Of a DNA stretch of 64,000 bases, positions 38,499-49,960 are shown in pieces. The notes below the pieces were generated by a model. It was given only the letters and a program-made list of their open reading frames with translations, did no database searches and was not told where the DNA came from. The position numbers and the translations under genes were made by a program. Every line of letters begins with the position of its first letter. Positions within the stretch are counted from its first letter, which is position 1. The stretch comes from Pelomyxa schiedti (Eukaryota; Protista; Evosea): NCBI GenBank assembly GCA_020536535.1, contig JAHLWZ010000016.1:186001-250000 (forward strand), given 5' to 3'.

Positions 38499-39631
38499 GT
38501 CTCAGCACCAGGGACGAAAGTTTTGGCACCAGCATTTTCGCGGCGGATAGATCTGTGGATAGATCGAGACGGATAGAAAATAAAAATATGAGCACCGCCT
38601 TGGTTGTCCGTCGGCAACAGTGCACGTTGTTGGAGATGTGGTCCAGTCCGGTGCACTCGGAAAGCTTTGCCGAAGTGTCTCTCTTAAGAAATCGGCGGAG
38701 GTGTTTGGAATGGACCAAAAAAAGCGGCAATAATAATCCACACACAGCACAAGTTTGGGACCAGGCAAGGCCTTCTAAATACCAAAAGGTATCACATTAC
38801 AGGCACTATGGTCCTGTTCACTAACTTATGGAGGTTCCTAAGGACACACAACTCGAAATTGTGAAAACAATTGTGAGCTCTCATTGCCTTACAATTCCAG
38901 AGGTTTAGAGTTGTTTTTCTTTTTTTTTTTTTTGAGTTGATACAATTGTAGTTTCTGCACTCTTCTCCTCTTGTTAGGCAATTTATTTTACCTGCAACAA
39001 CAATTCGAACTTGGGTGACTAAGTACAAGAAACTGCTGCTCAAGTACTGGTTTTCAGAGAGCCCATGACAATATTGAACTTTGTGCAGCCGGCAAAGGAG
39101 ACCAGTTGCAGGTTTTAATCCATTGCTACAAACCTGACTTACCTAATGTAGATGGGCCGGCATACAACTGATGAACCTAGGGCACCACTCCTAACCGTAC
39201 AACCTCCACACCTCCCTCAACCATTTCCACAACTTCCGCACCTCCTTCACAGACTCCAATAACCATTTCCATAACTTCCGCTTCTCAGTCGATGGACTCG
39301 CCCTAACACAACAGCTGTCTCCCATAGTGCGTTATTATCTCCACTTTTGTAATCGCTATTAACACAAATCTCCACAGCCTGTTGTTGCTTGCCCAGCACC
39401 TGTAGTTTCCATACTGACTGATCCTGTGTGTATACTAGTGTTTGGATTACCTTCTTACATCTAACAGGGAAGAATTCTACCGATGGGTACTTCTCTCATG
39501 GCAGCGATGACGATGGATACTCTTCCCATGGAAGCGGAATGGACAATCCCAGCCCCATGCTTCCTCCGCTTTCTGCCACCGATACCTAACCATAGAAAAA
39601 GAAATTTTATTTCTATTACTAATTTCTAATC

Positions 39632-39736
39632 GGCCTTCGATCATTTTGGCCACGAATCATTTTCGGCAACAAAAGTTTTTGACAACGAAAGTTTTGGGCA
39701 ACGAAAGTTTTCTGGAACGAAGGTTTCAACATACGG
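39632..39736 (-). repeat. Right TIR with about 15-bp subrepeats
   Basis: Reverse complement reads ccgtatgttgaaaccttcgttccagaaaactttcgttgcccaaaactttcgttgtcaaaaacttttgttgccgaaaatgattcg. Confidence 0.85.
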
Positions 39737-39751
39737 TATTGGGTCCATTCA

Positions 39752-41035
39752 ATGGGAGCGGCACTATGGAAGTCGAGTTCCGACGGTGATAACAACGACA
39801 GGATCGACGCAAGTCCTCCTTCCCCAGTGAAGGTCGACACACGAACCAGCGCGAGGATGCAGTTCATTGCCCTCGCAGTCGGCCCAATTGTGGGACGCAG
39901 GCGCGGCCGAACACGGCCCCCAGTCGCGGCCCCGGTCTCCTGTCTCACGGCGCCGTTGCTGGCACTGATTGGGCGCGACTGGGTCGTGTTCCCCAGCCGC
40001 CGCGTTCTTTTCCTGCTGCGCGTGTACTCCGACGAGACGAAGTCGCGGAACATTCTGTTCTCCGTGTCGCCGACTCTGGGCCTCGTCGACTACCCCGCCG
40101 TCGTCGACTTTGGCTCCGCTGAGCATCACTTTGGCTCCGCTGAGCATCACTTTGGCGGGTGGGTCGGGCCCGCCGTCGATTATTATCACCGTCGCGGTTC
40201 TCGTCGCGGTGGCAAGTCGAGACGCGTCATCCTGGGATGCAGGTTCGCCCTTTTGCATCTGCTTGCGCGTAGCGACGACGGCTTCAACTTCGATGTCATT
40301 GACATGATGAATGGGCACATAATCGCGTCGGTGCGCGACCCGAGCCTGAGCCTTCTTCGGAGCGAAACGTGGGAGCAAAACAGGAGGTGGGGTGTTCTTA
40401 TGATAGCAGGGAGGAACGAGCGGCCACCGTCGATGTCACTGTGGAACTTTGATGAAGTCGGCGGCGGCTCACCGAATGGCGGTGTGCGCCATTCGGAGGA
40501 TATGCCACTGCCGTGGGCCCCTGGGACGTTTGATACTGCTTTTGATGGTGATTCTTTCGTTTTCAGGGTGAGGCGTGGCGTTGACTTCGAGGTGATCGTT
40601 GTTGACCTTGAAGCGACTTGGGAGCAGGGCCATGTAGTTGTCAAGAGTCAGGTACCAGGGCCCGTACTTGTTAATGACTTTGAACGGATGTGGTGCTGGC
40701 GTGGAATGGTGTACATGACGGGGTTTGCTGGCTTGTGTTGCACAACAACCGGCGAGACAACCGCTTTCCACAAACACAGAAGCGTGTGTCCAATTGGAGG
40801 GCCGTACTTCCTGTCTGAGTCACCCAAGTCGCCTGGGCTCGAACTATACAGCGTTGTGGAACCAACCAAGCTGTGCTTCAGACATGAAAGGGGAGCGTTT
40901 GAGCAGGAGCTTGTGCAGGAGCTGGTTGTCAGGCGATCAGTTCCTGGAGCAATAGAAGTGATTGATGCTGTCAGTGGCTCTTCCATTTTCACAATGACCA
41001 GTGCTTGTCACTTCAATAGTGTAGATGTTTGGTGA
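39752..41035 (+). CDS. Intronless hypothetical protein of a lineage-expanded family (427 aa)
   Basis: Long GC-rich ORF with ARMQFIALA...IGRDWVV...FSVSPTLGLV, NRRWGV and VIVVDLEATWEQGHVVV. The layout resembles ORF 13047-14387. Confidence 0.8.
   Translation: MGAALWKSSSDGDNNDRIDASPPSPVKVDTRTSARMQFIALAVGPIVGRRRGRTRPPVAAPVSCLTAPLLALIGRDWVVFPSRRVLFLLRVYSDETKSRNILFSVSPTLGLVDYPAVVDFGSAEHHFGSAEHHFGGWVGPAVDYYHRRGSRRGGKSRRVILGCRFALLHLLARSDDGFNFDVIDMMNGHIIASVRDPSLSLLRSETWEQNRRWGVLMIAGRNERPPSMSLWNFDEVGGGSPNGGVRHSEDMPLPWAPGTFDTAFDGDSFVFRVRRGVDFEVIVVDLEATWEQGHVVVKSQVPGPVLVNDFERMWCWRGMVYMTGFAGLCCTTTGETTAFHKHRSVCPIGGPYFLSESPKSPGLELYSVVEPTKLCFRHERGAFEQELVQELVVRRSVPGAIEVIDAVSGSSIFTMTSACHFNSVDVW
40107..40156 (+). 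repeat. In-frame 21-bp tandem duplication (FGSAEHH x2)
   Basis: actttggctccgctgagcatc repeated about 2.4 times, with two exact full copies. Confidence 0.9.
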
Positions 41036-41225
41036 TGTGCATAAGAGTTCTCCTTGCAGTGTAACAAAGTACCACAAAACTTATCCATCCAATCACCTTC
41101 CCCGATTGAGGAATTATTGTGTATTTTGTTGCTGCTTGGGATTGTTGGCCCTGAGCGTTAGTGAACGGCCGACGCTCCTTTAGGGGAAAAGCAGAATCCT
41201 CTCGTGAAACGAAATTCAAATCGAC

Positions 41226-43668
41226 ATGGATGGGCAGTACGAAGGCGGCGGGGAAGGCGGGGGCGCGCAAGGGGACGACAACGGGGGGACGAGCAGGATG
41301 GACGGCGGGGGGATGAGCGCGGGGGTGGGCGGGGACGCGGGGGGCGGCGGGGCGAGCGGGGGGCCGGGGGGGCTCGGGGCGTCGGGGCCGGGCACGAACG
41401 ACCCGGTGGGGTCCGTGGCCGCCGACCTGCTCCACGACGACGTGCACGCCCGCATAGGGGCGATGAGGAGACTGCCCCTCGTGGCCCAGCAGGTGGGCGC
41501 GGCTCGCACAAGAGACGAACTAATACCCTTCTTACTCACCCCTGGTAAAGTTTTTTTTTTAATTCATTTATTTATCCATTTTATAATTTTTTAATTGATG
41601 TTTTATTTTTATTTATGATGTTTGGGTTATGTTGAGGTTTATGACATTTGTACTAGAGTGCTTGGATGATGAAGACGAAGTTCTGGGCACAATGGCTGAA
41701 GAGATAGGACGAATGATTGATTTGGTGGGTGGGGCTGAATTTGCACCCATCTTGGTTGGTCCCCTTGGACTGCTGGTAGCCCTTGAGGAATCTACCGTGC
41801 GAGAAAAGGCCATTGAGTCACTAGCCTTGATAGCACCACATATTCCTGCCTCACTTTTCATGGATACCTTCATGGGACTTATCACTCGCCTATTGGAAAA
41901 AAACTGGTTCACTACACTTGCTTCAGCTGCTAGTCTTTTACCTATAGCATACCCACGAGTTCCTGACTCTGCCAAGGCTGAAACTAGAGGGTATATTTCT
42001 TTATTTCACTGTTTTCGGCTGATTCTTATTTGTTCACAGTTTATTTTGGCGCTTGTGCAAGGATGCGAGCCCTATTGTAAGAGCAGCCTGCTTGTCTGGA
42101 ATAGGGGTCCTCTACCTTCCATTCAGTTCGCAGATTAAATTTACTGCAGGTTCTAGCGAAACATCTGGAACCCAGAACGATTAAAAGTGAGTTGATACCA
42201 ATGTATAATATTCTTTGTTCTGATCAAAATGTATTCTTGTTGAACTCACTTCTTATAAGTGATTGAACACTTAGGACGCCATAAGAATGCGATCTGTGGA
42301 ATCCATTACTTCCATTTGCTCGCATCTGCCACCTACCGACATGTCCATAGTCCTGCCTCTTGTACTTTCCCTTTTCAAAGATAAGTCTTGGCGAGTGAGG
42401 CGCCTAGGTGCTCAGCACATCGTTCATGTATGGATTGCAATAATTTGGTTTCAACTAATAATCTTTGATCTCTGACCATAACCAGTTTCCTTCTTCACAA
42501 TCAGATATGTGATGCCCTGGGACCAACGATAACACAGCATGAACTGCTGAACACTTTTTTGACTCTTCTGCGAGATTTAGAGGCCGAAGTACGAGCTGAA
42601 GCCGCAATCCACACTGCAGAAGTTGCAAAAAGGGTGCCAAAAGAACTTGTGCTCACGAAAGTTGTACCTTGCTTACGAGATATTTCCCTAAATGAAGCTG
42701 ATCCATCTCCTAACGTTCGTGGTATGCGTGTGGCCTGGGGTTGAGATCTGCTTACTTCATATCTGCAGCTGCCATTGCTGCGAATATTACAAGTCTTGCC
42801 TCAATTCTTGGAAAAGAAGACTCTGAGAGGATTTTGCTTGAGATGATACAGAGGTCACTGGAGGACGAATTTCCAGAAGTACCTTTTCTTCTCAGTACTT
42901 GTATAAAGTCACATTGTACAGGTCCGCCTAAATTTGTTGACTAAGCTGGATTCCCTGCATGATGTTATCGGTGTAGAAACATTTGCCCAGACACTACTGA
43001 ACTTATTCCCGTCACTGTGTGAAGATCCCCAATGGCGAGTACGCAGGGCCGTGATCCACTTTACTCCGCAGATTGCAGCTCAACTGGTGTGGGAAAATCA
43101 CATACGACCACTTTCTTTACCATTTCTCCTAGGGCATCTCTGTATTTGACGAGAAGTTGTGTAGTCTGTGGCTATCTTGGCTCACTGATCCGGTGTTTGC
43201 TGTACGGAAAGAAACCACTCTGACACTAGCCAAGCTCACACAGCTCTTTGGCATACAATGGGCACAACAAACCATGATCCCGCGTGTCCTTAGTCTACAC
43301 TGCCACACCAACTACCTATACCGAGAAACGACGCTATTTGCTTTGTCCGTAAGCAACTTCCCCCAATCCACCATCCTCCTATCCTATACAATCCAATATA
43401 GTCTGACCTTATCACAAAGGAACTTTCGTCAGTGGTTGACATGAAAGTGATCACGAGCACGTTCATGCCGCTGGTTCTGCGAATGGCACAGGACCCGGTT
43501 GCAAACGTGCGGTACAACGTCGCCAAAACGCTGCAAGTGATGATTCCACATCTGGAATCAGCCACCTTGGTGACCCGTGTGAAGCCCCTTCTCTCGAGGC
43601 TGGCCGTGGATCCTGACAAGGACGTGCAGGCAATGGCGAGCCTCGCTCTATCAAAGTCCTCAGTCTGA
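41226..43668 (+). CDS. PPP2R1: Protein phosphatase 2A scaffold subunit A (PR65, HEAT repeats)
   Basis: RTRDELIPFL, DDEDEVL..MAEE, EESTVREKAIESL, WFT...SA..L...AYPRV, DKSWRVR, WRVRRAVI, WLTDPVFAVR, DPVANVRYNVAKTL, DPDKDV. Confidence 0.95.
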
Positions 43669-43983
43669 GGAGGAAGGAAGCCGTGTTCTTTGTTGGCTTT
43701 TTAAATCAAAGCCAAAAATGGGGGAAAAAAATGAACAAACAAAACTCTCCAGGTGATTCTTTGGCGCCAAGTTGGCCATTCACAGGAACCAGCGAGTTCA
43801 AGCTAACAGAACCTGGGAACCGAATCACTTTTTAACCCTTGGTATACCGTAAATAGGGAAGAAAAAGTTGTAGATAGTACAAACAACCCTGCAAAAGTAA
43901 CTCGAAGGCATTCCCTTTCGGCTAGCAATCTAGAGTTTCTTCAGGGAAAAGCCGTTCACCTCCCGAAAAAAAAAAACCCCACC

Positions 43984-45656
43984 ATGCACCAGCCACCGAT
44001 TGTGTTGAGCAACCAGAAGACCAAAGCTGGGGATCTCAGCATAGATCCAGCCAAGTTAACCAAGTCATCGGCAGTGCACGTGTCGCGGTGCATAGGATGC
44101 AAGGTGACGATACCCTCGCCCGCCCCTGTTGCCGCAGATGAGCCCACTGCCGCCACGCCAACACCAACACCACCAACAACCACCGAGGGTGGTCCCGAAC
44201 CTACTGTTGTCGCAGTACCCAGTGTGGCTAAACTTATGTACCCTTCTACTTGTTTTTTTTGTTTTTTTTCCCTCTTTAGGCCTCATTTTTTTTTTTTTTT
44301 TTGCCCAAAACACAGTATCGAGCAATGTACCATTACCGTTGTTGCAGTTAATGTAAAAATACTGAGTGGAACAGCAGGTTTCCTCATTAATAGCGTTTTG
44401 TCATTTTCTCACTGCGGGAAGAGTGTATATCCTTAAACGGGTGTCGGGCGGAATTCAGTACCTGTGTCCCAACCATCCAAGTGGACAACTGTACTAACAC
44501 CACGATTGTACTTCCTGATAGTTGGGGTATCCCAGAAGACAGTGCAAGGCTTCACACGCATGCTTCTTTTTTTCCCCTCTGCTCAATTGACGCCTTTCTC
44601 AAGATCAAGAAACAAGGGACTAGTTATTCGCATTAAAGGAGTAGAGCACACAATTCCTGACGCTGATTATCCCCAGATTACAACGTAACATCAATCCACT
44701 GTCCCTTCATAACGCGGTAACAGGAGATCCGAGGATACACTGACCACAGAGAAGACTGTATGGGATGGTGCCGGCTACCCTACCACTGAGACCCTAAAGG
44801 AAAAAGCTGTAACTATTCCCTCTAACGCATTTTCTCCCGATTTCTCCTCAAACATCTTTCTCCTCAAGGATAGGAAGCTCCAGGAAAACCTCCAGATTCT
44901 TGAAGACAACCTCAGTGGAAAATCGTATCCCCTTACTTTATTTTTACAAGTTGACCCTTGTAGAAGCAAAACAACAACACTTGGTAAAGGTGCCGGCCCA
45001 TATGCAGAAGTACAAAAACGTCTGGTACCATATGCAAGTGAGTCTGGAGATGTACTTATAGTAGAGACACTATCCAATGATGTGATTCTTATTGAGAATA
45101 ACACTGATGCCAACTTCTACGTTTTGCAGAACCAAGTTTCTCCTCACTCAAATTAAGCTGCCCTAATCGTTGTTTGGTTATCAGAGGCTTTCGAGTCTTT
45201 TATGCATTAATTGCAAAAACTGCAAAATTTCTGCTCTTGACAGTGCTGTTATCGCCTCAAGAACTTGTCGGCTTATTGATTGTGACAATTGCACATTCAT
45301 TTTCGAAGATGTTGATGTCAGAAAAGTGGAGTGCTTCAGAACAACAAATTGCTCTATTATCTTCATTGGAGATGAAGTCGTTCTCGAGAATTCACGGGTC
45401 ATCTGGCGTGAAGGTTGCCAAAACAATACTGTTAATCAGGGAGTGATGACGGTGACAACGTCGGCCGTAAGAACACAGCACAGACTGACCAGAAGCATCC
45501 CGGTGCCACCAACAACAATTAATTGCCAATTGTGCACTACTCTTTATCCTGTGCAGCATATGCACAACTTGAATATTGTGGATAAAACCGGTAATTCCTC
45601 TCAAGCTTATTAGGGGACTCACCACTTAGTAGCCAGTGGTACGCCAGTTATTACTG
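43984..45656 (+). CDS. Protein with two CAP_C / cofactor-C-like beta-helix domains; 3' end uncertain, may continue into the sirtuin
   Basis: Repeating I.xC..C.I turns (HVSRCIGCKVTI, IEQCT, VPTIQVDN; INCKNCKI, LIDCDNCTFIF, ECFRTTNCSI) typical of CARP beta-helices. Confidence 0.6.
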
Positions 45657-45697
45657 AGGCTGGTTTGTCCTTAATAACGGAGCTAACACCTTTTACA

Positions 45698-46887
45698 ATG
45701 AACTCCCTTCCCGGAGATGAGCGATGGAATTCTTCCATACCGACTGCTGAGGATATCCTACAAGTTTTCTTAAAATCAGTGATACTCCTATAACATCTCT
45801 TAGAGCCTTGCCACACTTCGAGAAGCTCCTTTCACGCTTACTAAGAAAGATCTCCGCGATATATACGATACAGAGCGTATGGAGTATGAGGAACCTCTTG
45901 AAGTGGTGGCTGAGAAGGTCCTTTTCTGAAATCCAGCAAATTCCTTTTACAAGCAATAGGCAAAAGAAATTGCTCTGATGATGAAGGCAGCAAAACATTG
46001 CGTATTGTACAGTGGCGCGGGCATAAGTACGTCTGGTGGCATTCCCGATTTCAGGGGTCCACAAGTTAGAAGGCCTCTCTATTTGCCAAAACTTAAAATG
46101 TCCAGGGAGTATGGACTCTTCGTGATAAAGGACTGCATGTGGGTGGAAAAGATATTTGTGGAGCTTCTCCAACGTTGGCTCACTATGCAGTTACGGAGTT
46201 AGCAAGAAAACTTTTAATCCGTTTTGTCATAACCACCAATATGGATGGTATGTGAACACCCCTAACTGAGATGTAACCTTCTTTAGGTCTTCATCTTCGC
46301 AGTGGCCTCCCCAACCATCTTCTGGTTGAGTTGCATGGATGTTGCTACAAAGAGTGGTGTTCTGGGTGTGGAAAGTATTTCATGCGTGCATACGACGTAG
46401 CTGAAGGTACCAACACACGTGAGCACTGGACTAAGCGAAGGTGCAACTTCTGCAACACTCAGCTTCAGGACACGATTGTGCACTTCTCGTGTGTTCCCCA
46501 GTCACCCATTTTTCCCTTTCTGAGTGTTCACAGAGAGACATACCGCTCCCAGATGGACCCAATGACTGCTATGTATCATTCACGGACAGCTGACTTGGCC
46601 ATCGTAATGGGAACGAGCATGTGTGTGCAAGGTGCTGCCAGTTACCCCGACAAAGTGCTCAAGAATCCTGGAGGGAAAATGGTCATTGTAAACCTACAGG
46701 TTGGCATCCCTCAGTCACTTCTTCGACTCACCTAACACCCCAGAACACCCCTTATGACAAACTAGCAGCTGTGCGTGTATTTGCACGCACTGATACCTTC
46801 ATGAAAGCCTTACTCACAGCACTTGAAATTACAGAATTTGACCAACAAACAGACTGCATTCAGCAGTGGGATGAAAACATGTCCTAA
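45698..46887 (+). CDS. NAD-dependent deacylase, class IV sirtuin (SIRT6/SRT1-like)
   Basis: [50 protein letters not shown]...[29 protein letters not shown]. Confidence 0.9.
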
Positions 46888-46937
46888 TTCCAAGTCTTTG
46901 GGTAAAATACAACCAAAATTCTTTTCTTCCAGTGTTT

Positions 46938-49678
46938 TTACAACAGTATTGGTACAAGGGAACACAAAGCACTTACCAAAAGTACCACCAGTCCTGCAAT
47001 CACAATAACAGCAACTGTTATTTGGTTGCTGAATACCGCGTGCGAATATGGTGTTTGATCCTTGCCCGCATAAACACTTTGGAAGTATCTGCAGGAGAGC
47101 AGCTGGAGTACACAGGGAATTATGCACTGAATAAGGAATGCAGGAAGGCCACTGAACATAAATACATAGGTGAGGTCATGTTCTACCTATTTACACACCG
47201 TTGTTAGTAATGTTGGTTTTTCTTCTGGATTGGGTTTTCTTCTACCATGGCACAGATGAGAGGGGGAATCACAACAATTATTCTTGACAACACTTTGGTT
47301 TTCGATGGGTAAGCCGCAATAAGCGAGGATGGCAATGAGTGTATGAGATTATCAGACATAGTCACCGCCACGAGGGGGAAAATGCTGACAAGATCAACAA
47401 CAGGAAACAATAATATTATGATGTCTATAAATTGCAGCGTTAGCAATGTGACCAGTTGAAGTGAACGGAGGAAATTTACATGTTAGCCAAGCAAACCAAG
47501 TCCGGTCTCCCTCTGACCACCCAGAAGGACCCAAGCCAGTGAAAAACCTTGATGTTTTTAATCGTCTAGTAACGGTAGAAATTAGTACCTCCAGTTGAGA
47601 ATGCATAAAGGCTCTATACTCCCGTTGAAAAACCAGGCACACAGTAGCCCTACACTTACAGTGACAATAGCAACTGTGAAGATGATGAAAATCATAAGGC
47701 CTCTCAAGTTCTTCTTACTCCTAACGGGTGTTAAGATATCTGTGGTTGTGGGTAAGAAGAATTCATAGCCAGGGTACACACCAGGCATGTTGTACTGAAC
47801 AACAAATACATATGCCATCCCAGTAAAGGCAAGATAAAATCCATCCCAATGTGCCGCCCACATATCTTCGGGGCCCCCTTCACCCTCATTGCCCATACTC
47901 GTTGATAAAGTGAGAGGCCCAGAAGTGATTAGAGCATAAATTATTGTCACCAGCATTAATAGGAATCCAATGAACCTGTAAACCTACCAAAAAATAAGAA
48001 TTACCTTATTCTAGAAAAGAAGCTCACAGAAAGGAACAACTGGATGACGAGCTGATAGCCATAATCAAGCAGCGTCAATGCAATCACAATTACACCGTAG
48101 CTAGGGCAGGATTAGCAGAAACAATTAGAGAAAAAGGAAGATACAATACTATTGCTATTAGGTATGTGGCAGAGCACGATGAAGAGGGCTTGAAATAAAC
48201 GTCACAAGTATTACCACCAATTAATTCAAAAATCTTAATGTTCTTTTCTCAGTACCTCACAGACAAAGGAGCATAGGCTTACCAGTTGAGCTGTGCTGGA
48301 ACCGAAGACTGCAGCACAGGCCCACATACAACCAAAGCAGTATGCAATGATTACAATTTGGCATGTTAGTCTTCCAGCAGTCCCTCCAAAAACATGTGAC
48401 ATCTTCCCCAAGTCATATTTTTCATAATCAATTGTATTTTTCGGAATGAAAGTGTGGTGGGCTTTTGAGTGCATTACTCCCTGTGTGCGTGCCATAACCT
48501 GATGAAGAAAGGGTGTTGGAGGTAAAAAATAATGGTGAGAAATCACCTCTAACACCCATAGACATGTAAGCACATTAACAATCAGTAAAAATATTCCCAT
48601 AAAAATAGCCAAAGGAGCCCCTGCATGCCTTATTTCCCTTAGTTCATTTGGTTGCTAAATGAGGACACTACCAGAAGGCATGTGGTAAGCCGAAGATTCC
48701 CACACCCATCATGCAGTTGAGTAACAAAGCATAGGCAACAAGACTATTGTATTTCCCACCTTCCGCATGAGGAGGGAGGGTACTACCAGCATTCAGACCA
48801 GCCGCAGATGCATCAGGAAGTAATCTTTTGCTGGCATTACTCTTGGAAGGTTCTATATCCTCTGGTGCCTCCCATAAATTCCCGACGGATAACGCCGCAC
48901 CTGGAAGGTCTTTTGAGACGGGTCTGCCCTCTGGTGAAACTTGAAACCCGGAAATCCTGGCCATTGAAGAGGCATTTATACTGCCGGGACCAACGGGGGA
49001 GACCGATGGCCTGTAAGGAATATTCATCATAGACTGCATAGACCTATTCGCCGGAGAAGTAGAGGCAACCAATCCACGATGCACGTGCTTGCTGTGGCAC
49101 CACTGGGCGGACAAGTGTGACGCCTGTATAGGATACGAACTCGGACTGGGAGAGTTGCTTGCCAGTGTGAGCGTCGGGGGGGCCGGAACCCAAGCAGAGG
49201 AGCCATAGGCGGAACCAACGGCCGGTTGCGCTATTTTCGATCCCTGGGGTAAGGAGTAGATAGGAGGCGGCTGTTGCACGTAAACCGTAGCGGGGCTCTC
49301 AATGTCATAATCCTCCCGCCCAGGGGAGTTGGTCACGGCGCTACCTTCCCCGCCCTGGGGAGCTTCGTTCCCATTATTCTCATTCTCGCTTTCGTCGCCG
49401 CCGCCGCCGCCTTGGTCGTTCGTTTCGCTCTGAGCGCAGCTGCCGCCCAGCATATCGGTATTCTCCACCAACGTCTCAGACACCTCGTGATTGCCGCCAC
49501 TTGAAGCCTCGCCGCCGTCGCGGTGGCCGCGGTGGTGGTTGTGGTGGTGGCTACCGTGGCCGTGGTGGTGGTGGTTGTTGTGATGGTGATGGTGCCGTGG
49601 AGGGCCTTCTGGAGGGGCCGCATCGCCGCCGGTATTTGGTTGAGCCGACGGCGTGCTCTCGTCTTTAACTGTCAACAT
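46938..49678 (-). CDS. Amino acid transporter family protein (TMEM104-like) with long disordered His-rich N-terminus
   Basis: LLNCMMGVGIFGLPHAF, TCLWVLEVMAR, YDLGKMSHVFGG...IIAYCFGCMWACAAVF and about 11 hydrophobic segments. Confidence 0.75.
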
Positions 49679-49960
49679 GGTTGTCCCCACTGAGTAACAG
49701 TAAGCCTCACGCTGCCTCCGTGGGTTACTACCCCAAACGCGTAGTGGTTCCCTTTTGCGTGGCCTTTGCTTTAATTGAAGATCGAACGAAATGAAAAAGC
49801 CGATGAAAAAGCTCCTTGACCATTTCTACATTTTTTCCACTTTCTGGAAATCCCAACAAAATTTTGCCATTTAGGTGCAGGCCTGTTCCACAGAACACAA
49901 TAGGGTGAGCTCCTACCCCAATCCCCTAGGCACTTACTTGGCTGCCGATGCTCAATCATT

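Larger units (their letters stand above)
38429..39736. mobile_element. Non-autonomous DNA transposon remnant (Tc1/mariner-pogo-like), 1308 bp
   Basis: Terminal inverted repeats start CCGTATGTTGA and are flanked by TA on both sides (38427-38428, 39737-39738). An internal HTH-like fragment reads QLEIVK...RQFILPATTIRTWVTKYKK (about 38830-39050). Confidence 0.75.

Noticed and set aside
38590-38720. LLRNRRRCLEWTKK resembling the Tc1 transposase linker motif
   Set aside because: The match is short, is not in frame with the HTH fragment, and is not followed by a DDE domain, so it is too weak to call.
38440-39720. 15-bp repeated units as a CRISPR-like array
   Set aside because: The units are directly adjacent with no unique spacers and occur as an inverted pair, so they are transposon subterminal repeats.
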